Below, one piece after another: positions 8,373 to 18,660 of a stretch of DNA of 64,000 nucleotides (its first letter is position 1; every line of letters begins with the position of its first letter). The notes below the pieces were generated by a model. That model did no database searches and was not told the DNA's origin. It saw only the letters and a program-made list of their open reading frames with translations. This DNA is from an uncultured Actinomycetota bacterium (GTDB lineage Bacteria; Actinomycetota; UBA4738; HRBIN12), in the NCBI GenBank assembly GCA_963750945.1, contig CAVVSH010000004.1, positions 547,678 through 611,677 on the forward strand. Direction: 5' to 3'. Made by a program: the position numbers and the translations under genes.

Positions 8373-10055
8373 CTAGGCGAGGAGATAGCGGCGTGAGAGT
8401 GGCACCTCGGTGACCGGATCGCTCCGGAGCACCTCCCCATCCAGGGTCACGGTCCCGTCCTCAGGTGAGACGTCGATCGCCGGCACCGTTCGGTTGCGAG
8501 CGAGATCCTCGCGGTGGATCGAGCGCGTGCCGCGCACCGCGACGAGCCGCCGCCGGGTACCGAGCGTCCTCGAGATCCCGGCATCCAACGCGGCCGCGGA
8601 AACGAACGTGGTGGACACGGCCGTCGGAGCGGTGCCCGTCGCGCCCCAGTCGGGCCCGTACCGGGTGGGCTGCGCCCCGTGGACACTGGCGTTGCCTTCG
8701 CCGATCGCGCCCCACGCGACCACGCCTCCCTTGAACACCATCACCGGCTTCACGCCGAAGGAGGACGCTTCCCACAGGACGAGGTCGGCGAGCCTCCCCG
8801 GGGCGAGCGAGCCGACCTCCTCCGAGATGCCGTGTACGCGCGCGGGTTCCTCGGTCACCTTCGCCAGGTACCGAAGGACGCGATCGTTGTCGTCGCGGCC
8901 GTCCCCGTCCTCCCCGTGGGTCGAAGCCGCCGCCTTCATCGCGTGTGCGAGCTGGAACGTCCGGCGAACGGTTTCGCCGATCCGACCCATCCCCTGCGAG
9001 TCCGAGTTCACGATCGAGATCGACCCGAGGTCGTGCAGTGGTCCCTCGGCCTCCATCGTCGCCGGATGGACCAGCTCGCGGGCCGCCACCACGTCGTCGG
9101 GCAGTGCGGGGTTGCCTTCGTGGACGATCAGCTTCATGTCGAGCTGCTCGGCGGCCGTCGACGGTCCGTAGGGGATCGTCGGCGTGGTCGAGGAGCAGAA
9201 GACGTTCGGCTCGCGGACGATCCCGATCAGGTCGGGGATGTGGCCGCCGCCCGAACCCTCCACGTGGTACGCGTGGATCGCCCGCCCCGCGATCGCCTCG
9301 ACCGTGTCCTGGAGCTCGCACGACTCGTTGAGTCCGTCGGTGTGCAGACAGACCTGGACGTCGTGCGAGTCGGCGACACGGAGCACCTCGTCGATCACCT
9401 CGGGGTAGGCGCCCCAGTCCTCGTGGATCTTCAGACCGACGCCGCCGGCCTCGATCGCGGCCTCGAGCTGCCCCGGGACGCCGGTCCGCGCGGAGGGCTG
9501 GAGCCCGATGTTCACGGGGAAGTGCTCGAAGGCCTCGAGGGTTCGGAGCATCCGCCACGGGGGCTCTTCGAACCCCGCCGTGATGAGGGTCGTCACGCCG
9601 GCGGACAGCGCGACGGGGATGAGCCGAGGGGAGAGCAGGTGCACGTGGGAATCGACGGCTCCCGGCGTGGCGACCAACCCGTGACACGGGACCGGCCATG
9701 TGTTCGGTCCGATCGTGAGGTCCACGCCGTCGGTGATATCGGGGTTCCCCGCACGCCCGATCCCTGCGATCCGTCCATCCTTGATCCCGATGTCCGCCTT
9801 CATGACCCCGAGCAACGGATCCAGCACGACCGCGCTCGCGACGATCGTGTCGAGCTCGCTCTCGGTGGTCGCGCGGTCGTGCTGGGCCAGCCCGGAGCGC
9901 CAGTTCTTCGCGTAGCCCCAGAGCGCCTGGTCCGCGGGATCGGTGAGGTCGCGTTCGATCCGGATCCAGAGGTCGGTGTCGCCCAGGCGAACGCGGTCGC
10001 CGGCGGTCGGCCCGTGTCGTATCGCGTGCTCGGCGCGCGAGTAGCGCTCGGGCAC
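8373..10055 (-). CDS. ureC: Urease alpha subunit
   Basis: The GTG start at 10053-10055 lies 4 nt after the ureAB stop. Motifs include HGPTAGDRVRLGDTDLW, MKADIGIKDGRIAGIGRAGNPD, the nickel-ligand region and a C-terminal ...RRYLLA. The N-terminal extension of the raw ORF is spurious. Confidence 0.9.
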   Translation of the reverse strand: MPERYSRAEHAIRHGPTAGDRVRLGDTDLWIRIERDLTDPADQALWGYAKNWRSGLAQHDRATTESELDTIVASAVVLDPLLGVMKADIGIKDGRIAGIGRAGNPDITDGVDLTIGPNTWPVPCHGLVATPGAVDSHVHLLSPRLIPVALSAGVTTLITAGFEEPPWRMLRTLEAFEHFPVNIGLQPSARTGVPGQLEAAIEAGGVGLKIHEDWGAYPEVIDEVLRVADSHDVQVCLHTDGLNESCELQDTVEAIAGRAIHAYHVEGSGGGHIPDLIGIVREPNVFCSSTTPTIPYGPSTAAEQLDMKLIVHEGNPALPDDVVAARELVHPATMEAEGPLHDLGSISIVNSDSQGMGRIGETVRRTFQLAHAMKAAASTHGEDGDGRDDNDRVLRYLAKVTEEPARVHGISEEVGSLAPGRLADLVLWEASSFGVKPVMVFKGGVVAWGAIGEGNASVHGAQPTRYGPDWGATGTAPTAVSTTFVSAAALDAGISRTLGTRRRLVAVRGTRSIHREDLARNRTVPAIDVSPEDGTVTLDGEVLRSDPVTEVPLSRRYLLA

Positions 10056-10059
10056 GCGG

Positions 10060-10638
10060 CTAGGCCCCCGCCCCTCCGTACCGGACCAGATCCACCTCGT
10101 GTGCCTCGCCGGGTGCCCACCGGAGGGAGTCGCCGGCGGGCAGGTCCAGCCGGAACCCGTCGGCCGCGGCCCGATCGAACTCGAGGTGCTCGTTGGTGCG
10201 CCAGAACGGGAAGTGCGAGGACACGCGGATCGGATGCTCACCACGGTTGGTGACCCGGAGGCGGATCCGCTCACGGCCGGGTGCGAGCTCGACGTCTCCC
10301 TCGCCGAAGCGGATCGCGCCGGGGCCCTCGCCCGCCGGGCCGAACGGTTCGCGCAGGACCACGAGCCGCGTCCCTTCCTCGAGGAGGACCTCCAGGCGGA
10401 TCTCGGGCACGATGCCGGCGACGCCGCCCATCACCTGATCGGGACTCACGGCGCTGCGGCCGGCCGTGGCGACCTCCTCGAACGACGCACCGCTGCGGCC
10501 GGCCGCGTGCATCTCGTCGCACACGAGCGCGACGGCCTCGGGCGCATTCAACCGCAGTCCCTTCGCGAGCGTCGCCCGCGCGAGCTGGGCAGCGGTGAAG
10601 ATCCGGAGACGCTCGTCCTCGGTGGGGGTCAGCTGCAC
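10060..10638 (-). CDS. ureAB: Fused urease gamma-beta subunit (UreA-UreB fusion)
   Basis: The GTG start gives VQLTPTEDERLRIF...NAPEAVALVCDEM (gamma) continuing without a stop into ...TNRGEHPIRVSSHFPFWRTNEHLEFDR (beta). 192 aa in total. Confidence 0.85.
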   Translation of the reverse strand: MQLTPTEDERLRIFTAAQLARATLAKGLRLNAPEAVALVCDEMHAAGRSGASFEEVATAGRSAVSPDQVMGGVAGIVPEIRLEVLLEEGTRLVVLREPFGPAGEGPGAIRFGEGDVELAPGRERIRLRVTNRGEHPIRVSSHFPFWRTNEHLEFDRAAADGFRLDLPAGDSLRWAPGEAHEVDLVRYGGAGA

Positions 10639-10662
10639 GCGGCGAGCGTACCCTCGGTCGCG

Positions 10663-12051
10663 ATGTCGCGCTCTCCAGATGGATCGGGCTCGGAGAAACC
10701 CGAGGGGGACGGGGCACCGCGCGTTCCCTCGCTCCGGGAGGCTTCGCGCTTCTGGATCTGGCTCGGCTTCGTGAACTTCGGTGGGCCCGCCGGTCAGATC
10801 GCTCTGATGCACCAGGAGCTCGTCGAACGTCGGCGGTGGATCGACGAGGGGCGGTTCCTCCACGCGCTCAGCTACTGCATGCTCCTGCCGGGACCGGAAG
10901 CGATGCAGCTCGCCACCTACGTCGGGTGGCTCCTCCATCGGATCCGAGGGGGACTCGTCGCGGGGATCGCTTTCGTGCTGCCCAGCTTCTTCCTGCTGAT
11001 CGCGCTCTCTTGGGTCTTCGTCACGCACGGCGATCTCCAGTGGGTGGCGGGGGCCTTCGCCGGACTCGCGGCGGCGGTGGTCGCCATCGTCGCGCAGGCG
11101 ACCATCCGACTGGGCCGCACGGCGCTCGCCAACGGGCTGATGGTCGGCGTCGCGATCGTGTCGTTCGTGGCGATCTTCTTCCTCGACGTCCCGTTCCCGA
11201 TCGTGGTCGCCGGCTCGGTCATCCTCGGCCTGATCGGCGGGAGTATCCGGCCATCGCTGTTCGAGGTCGGCGTCGGACGCGAGCTCGAGGAGCGCGCGTC
11301 GGCGTCGGTGGTGGGCCAACTCGAGACGCCGACTCCCAGCTGGCGGCGGAGCCTCGTGGTCCTGATCGTGGGGCTCGCCGTGTGGCTGGTCCCGATCGCC
11401 GCGGTCGCGCTGTGGAGACAGGACGCCGGCACGCTCACCGACATGGGGTGGTTCTTCTCGAAGGCCGCGTTGGTCACGTTCGGAGGCGCCTACGCGGTCC
11501 TCGCCTACGTCGACCAGGCGGCCGTCGGGACGTACGGCTGGCTCCGGCCCGGTCAGATGGCGGTGGGCCTCGGGCTCGCCGAGTCCACGCCAGGCCCGCT
11601 GATCATGGTCTTGGAGTTCGTCGGGTTCGTCGGCGCGTATCAGCATCCGGGCGGGCTCTCGCCGATCGTCGCGGGCATCCTCGGCGCGACCGTCGTGGTC
11701 TGGGCGACGTTCGCGCCCTGCTTCCTGTGGGTCTTCCTCGGCGGGCCGCACGTCGAGCGGATCCGCGGCAACGCCCGACTCGCATCCGCACTGCAAACGG
11801 TGATGGCGGCGGTCGTCGGCGTCATCGCCAACCTCGCGGTGACCTTCGCCATCGTGACCTTGTTCGGTGAGGTGCGGACCGTTCGGTTCCTGGGCGGAGA
11901 GTTCCCCGTTCCCGTCTGGACCGAGGTCGACCCGTTCGCGGTCGCGGTCGCCGCGGTGTCGTTCGTGGGTCTCTGGCGCTTCCGGTGGAAGGTCGTGCCG
12001 GTGATCGTCGGGAGCGCGGTGGCCGGGCTCGTGATCAAGGGGTTGCTGTAG
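10663..12051 (+). CDS. chrA: Chromate transporter ChrA (CHR family)
   Basis: The internal start is MSRSPDG...; PSLREASRFWIWLGFVNFGGPAGQIALMHQELVERRRWI is the CHR signature, and the protein has two homologous halves. The long N-terminal extension of the raw ORF is antisense to the urease genes and judged spurious. Confidence 0.8.
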   Translation: MSRSPDGSGSEKPEGDGAPRVPSLREASRFWIWLGFVNFGGPAGQIALMHQELVERRRWIDEGRFLHALSYCMLLPGPEAMQLATYVGWLLHRIRGGLVAGIAFVLPSFFLLIALSWVFVTHGDLQWVAGAFAGLAAAVVAIVAQATIRLGRTALANGLMVGVAIVSFVAIFFLDVPFPIVVAGSVILGLIGGSIRPSLFEVGVGRELEERASASVVGQLETPTPSWRRSLVVLIVGLAVWLVPIAAVALWRQDAGTLTDMGWFFSKAALVTFGGAYAVLAYVDQAAVGTYGWLRPGQMAVGLGLAESTPGPLIMVLEFVGFVGAYQHPGGLSPIVAGILGATVVVWATFAPCFLWVFLGGPHVERIRGNARLASALQTVMAAVVGVIANLAVTFAIVTLFGEVRTVRFLGGEFPVPVWTEVDPFAVAVAAVSFVGLWRFRWKVVPVIVGSAVAGLVIKGLL

Positions 12052-12751
12052 GAGACCGCCGATCCCGTCGGAGCAGGATCACGCCGCCGACGATGGCCAC
12101 GGCGGCGAAGGTGAACCATTGGATCGCGTAGGACAGGTGGGGGCCCTCGGAGAGCTCGGGGAGCGGCGCGAGCGCCGGGAGGGACCCCGGCTGAGGCGGC
12201 GCTTGGTCCTGCAGCTGAAGAGGCAGCGGGAAGATGTCGTAGGGGAGCGTCGACGCGATGCCGCGAACGTCCAGCACTCGGATGACACCGTCGACGTCCG
12301 GTGTGGTGGATCCGTCGCCCTCATCAGGCACGAGGACCCCTCTCACCGCGACGTCGCCGGCCGGAGGTGCGGCCCGGTGTATCGGCGGCTTCTGCATCGC
12401 GAACGGGACCCACCCTCTGACGACGAGGATCGCGCCCTCCTCCCCGAGAACGAGCGGTGTCACGACGAGGTGTCCCGCCTCGCCGTTGAGGCTCCGCCCG
12501 AACACGAGCACCTCTCGCTCGTCGTCGTACCGACCGTTGGCGACGGCACGACGGTAAGGGCCGGGAGCTGCTCGGGCGACCGCACGATCGATCACGAAGG
12601 GCGGGTCGGATCGCCCGACCAAGATCTGGGCGTTGAGCGCCCGGCGCTCATCGAGCCGGCGGAGCTGCCAGAGCCCGAGGCCGACACAGGTCGCCGCCAC
12701 GATCAGGGCGACGCCCACCACGATCACGCGCCGGGACGTCGATCTGGTCAT
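12035..12751 (-). CDS. SURF1-family protein (cytochrome oxidase assembly)
   Basis: 238 aa with N- and C-terminal TM helices, a central LVFGRS...VVTPL and a C-terminal LSYAIQWFTFA typical of SURF1. Confidence 0.75.
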   Translation of the reverse strand: MTRSTSRRVIVVGVALIVAATCVGLGLWQLRRLDERRALNAQILVGRSDPPFVIDRAVARAAPGPYRRAVANGRYDDEREVLVFGRSLNGEAGHLVVTPLVLGEEGAILVVRGWVPFAMQKPPIHRAAPPAGDVAVRGVLVPDEGDGSTTPDVDGVIRVLDVRGIASTLPYDIFPLPLQLQDQAPPQPGSLPALAPLPELSEGPHLSYAIQWFTFAAVAIVGGVILLRRDRRSPTATP

Positions 12752-12775
12752 GTCGGCCGGCCGCCCTCGCAGACG

Positions 12776-13556
<781 letters not shown>

Positions 13557-13619
13557 CGTGCGAGCGTAGCTGCTGGTCCGCGCCCGAGAACGGGAGGCAT
13601 CGACTAGGCTTCCCCGCCC

Positions 13620-14327
13620 ATGGATCCCGCCCGTCCGTTACTCGAAATCCAAGAGATCGATACCGCGATCGATCGGCTGATGGCGCGGATGCGAGCGCTC
13701 GAATCGGGTGAGGACGCGGCGGCTGCCCTCGCCGAGGCGAACGAGGCGGAGCGGATGATGGGGGAGCTCCGCCTGCGACTGGACGAGCTCTCTCGAGACC
13801 AGATGCGCTTCGAGCACGAGATCGATTCGATGTCGCAGAAGGCGGCCGCCGAGGAGCGACGCCTGTACGACGGATCGGTCGCGAACGCGCGCGAGTTGGA
13901 TTCGATCACCCACGAGGTCGACAACCTCAAGAAGCGTCGCACCGATCGAGAGGACGAGCTGCTCGCGTTGATGGAGGTCCGGGAGGAGCTCGAGAGCCAG
14001 GAACGCGCCGCGGCCGAACGTTCCGAGGCTCTCCGCGCTCGGGTGGCGGAGGTGGGGAACATCGCCGCGGACGACCTGGAGAAGCTGCGGACCGAGCTGA
14101 ACGAGCGAACCGAGGCGAGGGCCGCGCTGGCGAAGGCGGTCGACCCCGAGTTCCTCGAGCTCTACGAAGACCTGCGACCTCAGAAGAAGGGCGTTGCCGC
14201 GGTGGCGCTGATCGATGGTGTGTGCCAGGGGTGCCACGAGCAGCTCTCGTCCGTCTATGTCGATCGGTTGAAGCGAGTCGAGGGCCCGAAGAGGTGCGAG
14301 CACTGCCGGCGGATCCTGGTCATCTGA
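13620..14327 (+). CDS. Zinc-ribbon domain protein of the COG1579 / Rv2229c family
   Basis: A long coiled-coil followed by a C-terminal CxxC...CxxC ribbon (CQGCHEQL...CEHCRRIL). The conserved neighbour of RNase H in actinobacteria. Confidence 0.7.
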   Translation: MDPARPLLEIQEIDTAIDRLMARMRALESGEDAAAALAEANEAERMMGELRLRLDELSRDQMRFEHEIDSMSQKAAAEERRLYDGSVANARELDSITHEVDNLKKRRTDREDELLALMEVREELESQERAAAERSEALRARVAEVGNIAADDLEKLRTELNERTEARAALAKAVDPEFLELYEDLRPQKKGVAAVALIDGVCQGCHEQLSSVYVDRLKRVEGPKRCEHCRRILVI

Positions 14328-14731
14328 TCGTCGCCTGCGACGGCGCCTCTCGCGGGAACCCGGGTCCCGCCGGCATCGGCGTGGAGATCACGAACGAGCA
14401 CGGCGAGGTGTTGGGCGAGATCGCGGAGGGCATCGGCGAAACGACGAACAACGTGGCGGAGTACACCGCGGTGATCGAGGGTCTCGCGCGGGCGGCAGAG
14501 CTCGGCGCGAGGACCGTGACGCTCCGATCGGACAGTCTGCTCCTGATCAGCCAGCTCACCGGCCGCTATCGCGTGAAGGCGGCGCACCTGCAGCCGCTCC
14601 ATCGCCGTGCTCGGAGCATCGCCGCCGGATTCGACCGGGTCTCCTTCGAACACGTCCCGCGGGAGGAGAACGTCGAGGCCGACCGCCTGGCGAACGAGGG
14701 TGTCGACCGGTGGCTCGCGGGGGAGCGTTAG
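14294..14731 (+). CDS. rnhA: Ribonuclease H (RNase HI-type, Rv2228c N-domain-like)
   Basis: IVACDGASRGNPGPAGIG...NNVAEYTAVIEGL...D catalytic-residue pattern. The start is uncertain; GTG 14294 or ATG 14222 both overlap the end of the upstream gene. Confidence 0.7.
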   Translation: MRALPADPGHLIVACDGASRGNPGPAGIGVEITNEHGEVLGEIAEGIGETTNNVAEYTAVIEGLARAAELGARTVTLRSDSLLLISQLTGRYRVKAAHLQPLHRRARSIAAGFDRVSFEHVPREENVEADRLANEGVDRWLAGER

Positions 14732-15654
14732 GCCACAGGGCTGGGGGAGGTCGACTCGGGCGCGGCGACCTGGGGCAGGCCGAACACGAATCCGGTCGCC
14801 TCGCCGCCCGGGCTCGCGACGGCGACCTGGAGATCCAGCTCCCCGGCGGTTGCGGGCGGGGCGACGAAGCTGACGATGCCTTCGGCCGACTCGCCGGGCG
14901 AGATCGGGCTCGGGAAGGTGACGAGCGGGCGTTCCGAGCTCGCGAGATCCTCTTGCGCAGTGAGCAACACCGTGAGGCCCGGCACGACGCGCAACGGGCG
15001 CTCGGTGTCGTTCGAGACCTGGATCCCGAACTGCCATCGATCAAGCTGTACGAGGTTCCGGATCTCCACCGTCACGCCCCTGCGGCGCTCGCGTGCGCCG
15101 TCGAACACCTGGAAGAACTCATCCAGCCGGAGCCCGTCTCGGACGAAGTTGATGACGCGGAAGACTCCGTCTTCTCCTTGGATCATCACGACCAATCCAT
15201 CCATCGATCGTTGGATGGGTGGGATCTCCTCGCCGGTTTCGTCCGTGAGCGCGAAGGTGATGGTCGCGCGCACGACGACGCCGTAGGCGACGAGATCGTC
15301 GAGCGAGCCGTCTTCGGCCCGCACGGGAGAGGCCGCGCCCAGGTGGCCGAGCTGCAGGCTGCCATGGATCGTGCCCGGGAACGAGGCGTTCTGCACCCCG
15401 ACCCAATGCGCCCACTCTCGAGCGAGCGAACCCTCCACGAGCGGCTCGAGGGCGCGCCCGGCGTCGGTGGCCGAGCCCGCGTAGGCGCGGAGGAACGCGT
15501 GCGCGACCGAGCGAGCCTGTCCCGAGATGCGAAGGTCGTCGAGCGCGAGGATCTGCTGGCTCGCGGGGCGCTCGGGGCCCTGCGGCTCGGGCGTCCGTGA
15601 GCACGCGGCCACGGCCGCGGCGACGATCACGAGGCTGGCTGCGATCCTGCCCAT
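14728..15654 (-). CDS. Hypothetical lipoprotein
   Basis: The internal start MGRIAASLVIVAAAVAACSRTPEP has a signal peptide and lipobox. The 5' extension of the raw ORF overlaps rnpB and is judged spurious. Confidence 0.6.
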   Translation of the reverse strand: MGRIAASLVIVAAAVAACSRTPEPQGPERPASQQILALDDLRISGQARSVAHAFLRAYAGSATDAGRALEPLVEGSLAREWAHWVGVQNASFPGTIHGSLQLGHLGAASPVRAEDGSLDDLVAYGVVVRATITFALTDETGEEIPPIQRSMDGLVVMIQGEDGVFRVINFVRDGLRLDEFFQVFDGARERRRGVTVEIRNLVQLDRWQFGIQVSNDTERPLRVVPGLTVLLTAQEDLASSERPLVTFPSPISPGESAEGIVSFVAPPATAGELDLQVAVASPGGEATGFVFGLPQVAAPESTSPSPVA

Positions 15655-15688
15655 CGAAGAGAACCCATCGTACGCAGTACCCTTGTCG

Positions 15689-16093
<405 letters not shown>

Positions 16094-16095
16094 TT

Positions 16096-16207
16096 TCCAT
16101 CGGGGCTACGTTCGCTCGTTCCTCGCTCACTTCTTGAGCCCCGAACCCGTCTCCATCGGGGCTACGTTCGCTCGTTCCTCGCTCACTTCTTGAGCCCCGA
16201 ACCCGTT
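16096..16207 (+). repeat. Near-perfect 56-bp tandem duplication (2 copies); each copy can form a GGGGCT...AGCCCC hairpin, and the second copy is followed by a T-run
   Basis: Direct repeat of CCATCGGGGCTACGTTCGCTCGTTCCTCGCTCACTTCTTGAGCCCCGAACCCGT(CT/TT), located immediately 3' of rnpB and 5' of the cNMP-binding gene. Confidence 0.8.
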
Positions 16208-16233
16208 TTCTCGCGTCGTGTAGCGTCACCGCG

Positions 16234-16629
16234 ATGGATGTCGACACGCTTCGGGAGATCCCGCTCTTCGCCGGCCTCCACGATCACACCCTCCAGCGGA
16301 TCGCCGAGCTGTCGACCGAGTTCGAGGAGCCCGCAGGTTGGGTGCTGGTCGAGGTGGGTCAGCCGGGCTCGGGGATGTTCGTACTCGAGGAGGGGACCGT
16401 CGAGGTGCAGACGCCCGACGGCCGAGCCTGGGAGCTGGGGCCGGGGGAGTTCTTCGGCGAGCTCGCGCTGCTCACGGATCATCCCCGGAATGCGCGCATC
16501 CAGGCCAAGACGCCGGTGCGCTGTCTCGCGATCTCTCGGAGGGACTTCCAGAAGCTCTTGAAGGAGGAGCCGGGGATCGCCGTTGCAATGTTGCCGAAAC
16601 TCGCGCAGCGAGTCGACGCGCCCCACTGA
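16234..16629 (+). CDS. Stand-alone cyclic-nucleotide-binding (CAP_ED) domain protein
   Basis: 131 aa with IPLFAGL...FGELALL...RNARI motifs and no HTH domain. Confidence 0.75.
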   Translation: MDVDTLREIPLFAGLHDHTLQRIAELSTEFEEPAGWVLVEVGQPGSGMFVLEEGTVEVQTPDGRAWELGPGEFFGELALLTDHPRNARIQAKTPVRCLAISRRDFQKLLKEEPGIAVAMLPKLAQRVDAPH

Positions 16630-16650
16630 TCGCCTCACGCACTCGAACAG

Positions 16651-17652
16651 GTGTTCGAGTATCCTGTTCGCGTGGATCAGCTCTTCGAGATCGCCCGGAA
16701 GACGTTCGACACGCCCGAGTTCCGAGGCATCACGTTCATCGAATCCGAGGCGAAGTCCATCCTCAACCGCGTCCCCGGCGGCGCCCTCCCGTTCGACTGG
16801 ACGATCAACCCGTATCGGGGATGCTCGCATGCCTGCAGATATTGCTTCGCCCGTCCGACGCACACGTACCTCGACATGAACGCGGGTCGCGACTTCGACT
16901 CGAAGATCGTCGTGAAGGTGAACGCGCCGGAGGTCCTTCGCCGGGAGCTCGCTGCCAAACGCTGGAAGGGCGAGCACATCGCGATGGGAACGAACACCGA
17001 CCCCTATCAGCGCGCGGAGGGCCGGTACTCGTTGATGCGCGGGATCATCGAGGCGCTGGTCGACTACCGGAACCCGTTCTCGATCCTGACGAAGGGCACC
17101 CTCATCCTTCGCGACGTCGACCTGCTGCAGCGGGCTGCCGAGGTGACCACGGTCTCGGCGGCGTTCTCGATCGGAACACTGGACGACACGGTCTGGCGTG
17201 AGACCGAACCCGGCACGCCGCATCCGCGGGCGCGGATCGATGCGATCCGGACGCTCACGGAGGCGGGCATCCCCACCGGCGTCCTGATGGCGCCGATCCT
17301 GCCAGGCATCTCGGACCGACCCGAGCAGCTGCGCGAGGTGGTGGGGGCCGCGATCGACGCGGGTGCGACGCACGTCTCACCGATCCTGTTGCATCTGCGC
17401 CCCGGCGTGCGAGAGGAGTTCCTGCCCTGGCTCGAGGAAGCGCATCCGGACCTCGTGCCGCGCTATCTCGAGATGTACCGGCAGCCGTACGGACCGAAGG
17501 CGATGCGAGCGTCGCTCGGCCGGCAGGTGTCGTCGATGGTGGCGGCGGCCGGAGGAGTGCGGCGAGAGGTGGAGCCGGCGCGCAGGTTCTTCCGTCGGGA
17601 CCGAGCGACCCACAAGGAGGAACAGGCGTCGGAGCAGTTGAGGCTTCTCTGA
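16651..17652 (+). CDS. Radical SAM protein, SplB/COG1533 (Rv2578c-like DNA-repair photolyase family)
   Basis: CSHACRYC (a CX3CX2C motif) near the N-terminus with a family-typical N-terminal region. Lies 21 nt after the cNMP-binding gene. Confidence 0.7.
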   Translation: MFEYPVRVDQLFEIARKTFDTPEFRGITFIESEAKSILNRVPGGALPFDWTINPYRGCSHACRYCFARPTHTYLDMNAGRDFDSKIVVKVNAPEVLRRELAAKRWKGEHIAMGTNTDPYQRAEGRYSLMRGIIEALVDYRNPFSILTKGTLILRDVDLLQRAAEVTTVSAAFSIGTLDDTVWRETEPGTPHPRARIDAIRTLTEAGIPTGVLMAPILPGISDRPEQLREVVGAAIDAGATHVSPILLHLRPGVREEFLPWLEEAHPDLVPRYLEMYRQPYGPKAMRASLGRQVSSMVAAAGGVRREVEPARRFFRRDRATHKEEQASEQLRLL

Positions 17653-17655
17653 GGG

Positions 17656-18621
17656 TCAGGCGGGAGCGGCGACGCCGGCCTCGACCGCGCGCTTCAACTG
17701 CTTCCCCGCGTGATAGCTGGAACGAACGAGCGGTCCGGCCTCCACGTGAGCGATCCCGAGCTGCTCGCCGACCTGTTTCCACTCCGCGAACTCATCCGGG
17801 TGGACCCAGCGGTCGACCGGCAGGTGGTACGTGGTCGGCTGCAGATACTGGCCCATCGTAAGGATGTTGATGCCGGCGTCGTGGAGGTCGGCCATCGTGG
17901 CAGGCACTTCGTCGGGTCGTTCTCCCATGCCGAGGATCAGGTTCGACTTCGTGACCTGACCGGTGCGGCGCAGCTTCGCGAAACGGAGGACGTCCAGCGT
18001 GCGGTCGTATCCGAACGCCGGCCGGATCCGGTCATGCAGCCTGCGCACGGTCTCGAGATTGTGTGCGAAGACGTCCGGTTCCGCCTCGAGAACCGTCGCG
18101 ATGTCCCGCTCGCCGCCCTTGAAGTCCGACGGCAGCACCTCGATCCCGATACCGGGAACCGCCTCGCGCACGGCGCGGATCGCCGAGGCCCAGATGCGGG
18201 CACCTCCGTCCTCCAGGTCGTCGCGAGCGACGCCGGTCAGCACGACATAGCGCAGTCCCATCTCGCGGACGGCCTCGGCGATCCGCGCCGGCTCCTCCTC
18301 GTCGACCGGGTCCGGCTTGGCCGTCATCACGTCGCAGAAGCCGCAGCGTCGAGTGCACTTCGATCCCAGGATCAGGAACGTCGCCTCGCGCTCCTCCCAG
18401 CATTCGCGGATGTTCGGGCACATCGCCTCCTCACAGACGGTGTGGAGGGACCGCTCGCGCATGATGCCCTTGAGATCCTCGTAGTTGGGGCCCGAGACGA
18501 GACGAACCTTCAGCCAGGGAGGTTTCCTGCCGGCGACCGAGTCCACGCCCGGCCCGTTCGTGACGCCGAGGATGGGGAGGTGGAGCCGGCGCTTCTGGGG
18601 ATTGTGATCGGTGACCGCCAT
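17656..18621 (-). CDS. lipA: Lipoyl synthase
   Basis: Two cysteine clusters (CEEAMCPNIREC and CTRRCGFC) plus conserved LipA blocks; 321 aa. Confidence 0.9.
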   Translation of the reverse strand: MAVTDHNPQKRRLHLPILGVTNGPGVDSVAGRKPPWLKVRLVSGPNYEDLKGIMRERSLHTVCEEAMCPNIRECWEEREATFLILGSKCTRRCGFCDVMTAKPDPVDEEEPARIAEAVREMGLRYVVLTGVARDDLEDGGARIWASAIRAVREAVPGIGIEVLPSDFKGGERDIATVLEAEPDVFAHNLETVRRLHDRIRPAFGYDRTLDVLRFAKLRRTGQVTKSNLILGMGERPDEVPATMADLHDAGINILTMGQYLQPTTYHLPVDRWVHPDEFAEWKQVGEQLGIAHVEAGPLVRSSYHAGKQLKRAVEAGVAAPA

Positions 18622-18660
18622 CGTGACCGAGTGTAGCGAGCCTCCCCGCGTTCGATGGCC

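Noticed and set aside
10099-10662. N-terminal 188-aa extension of the chrA raw ORF
   Set aside because: It is antisense to ureAB/ureC, Arg/Gly-rich, and the ChrA homology begins at MSRSPDG (10663).
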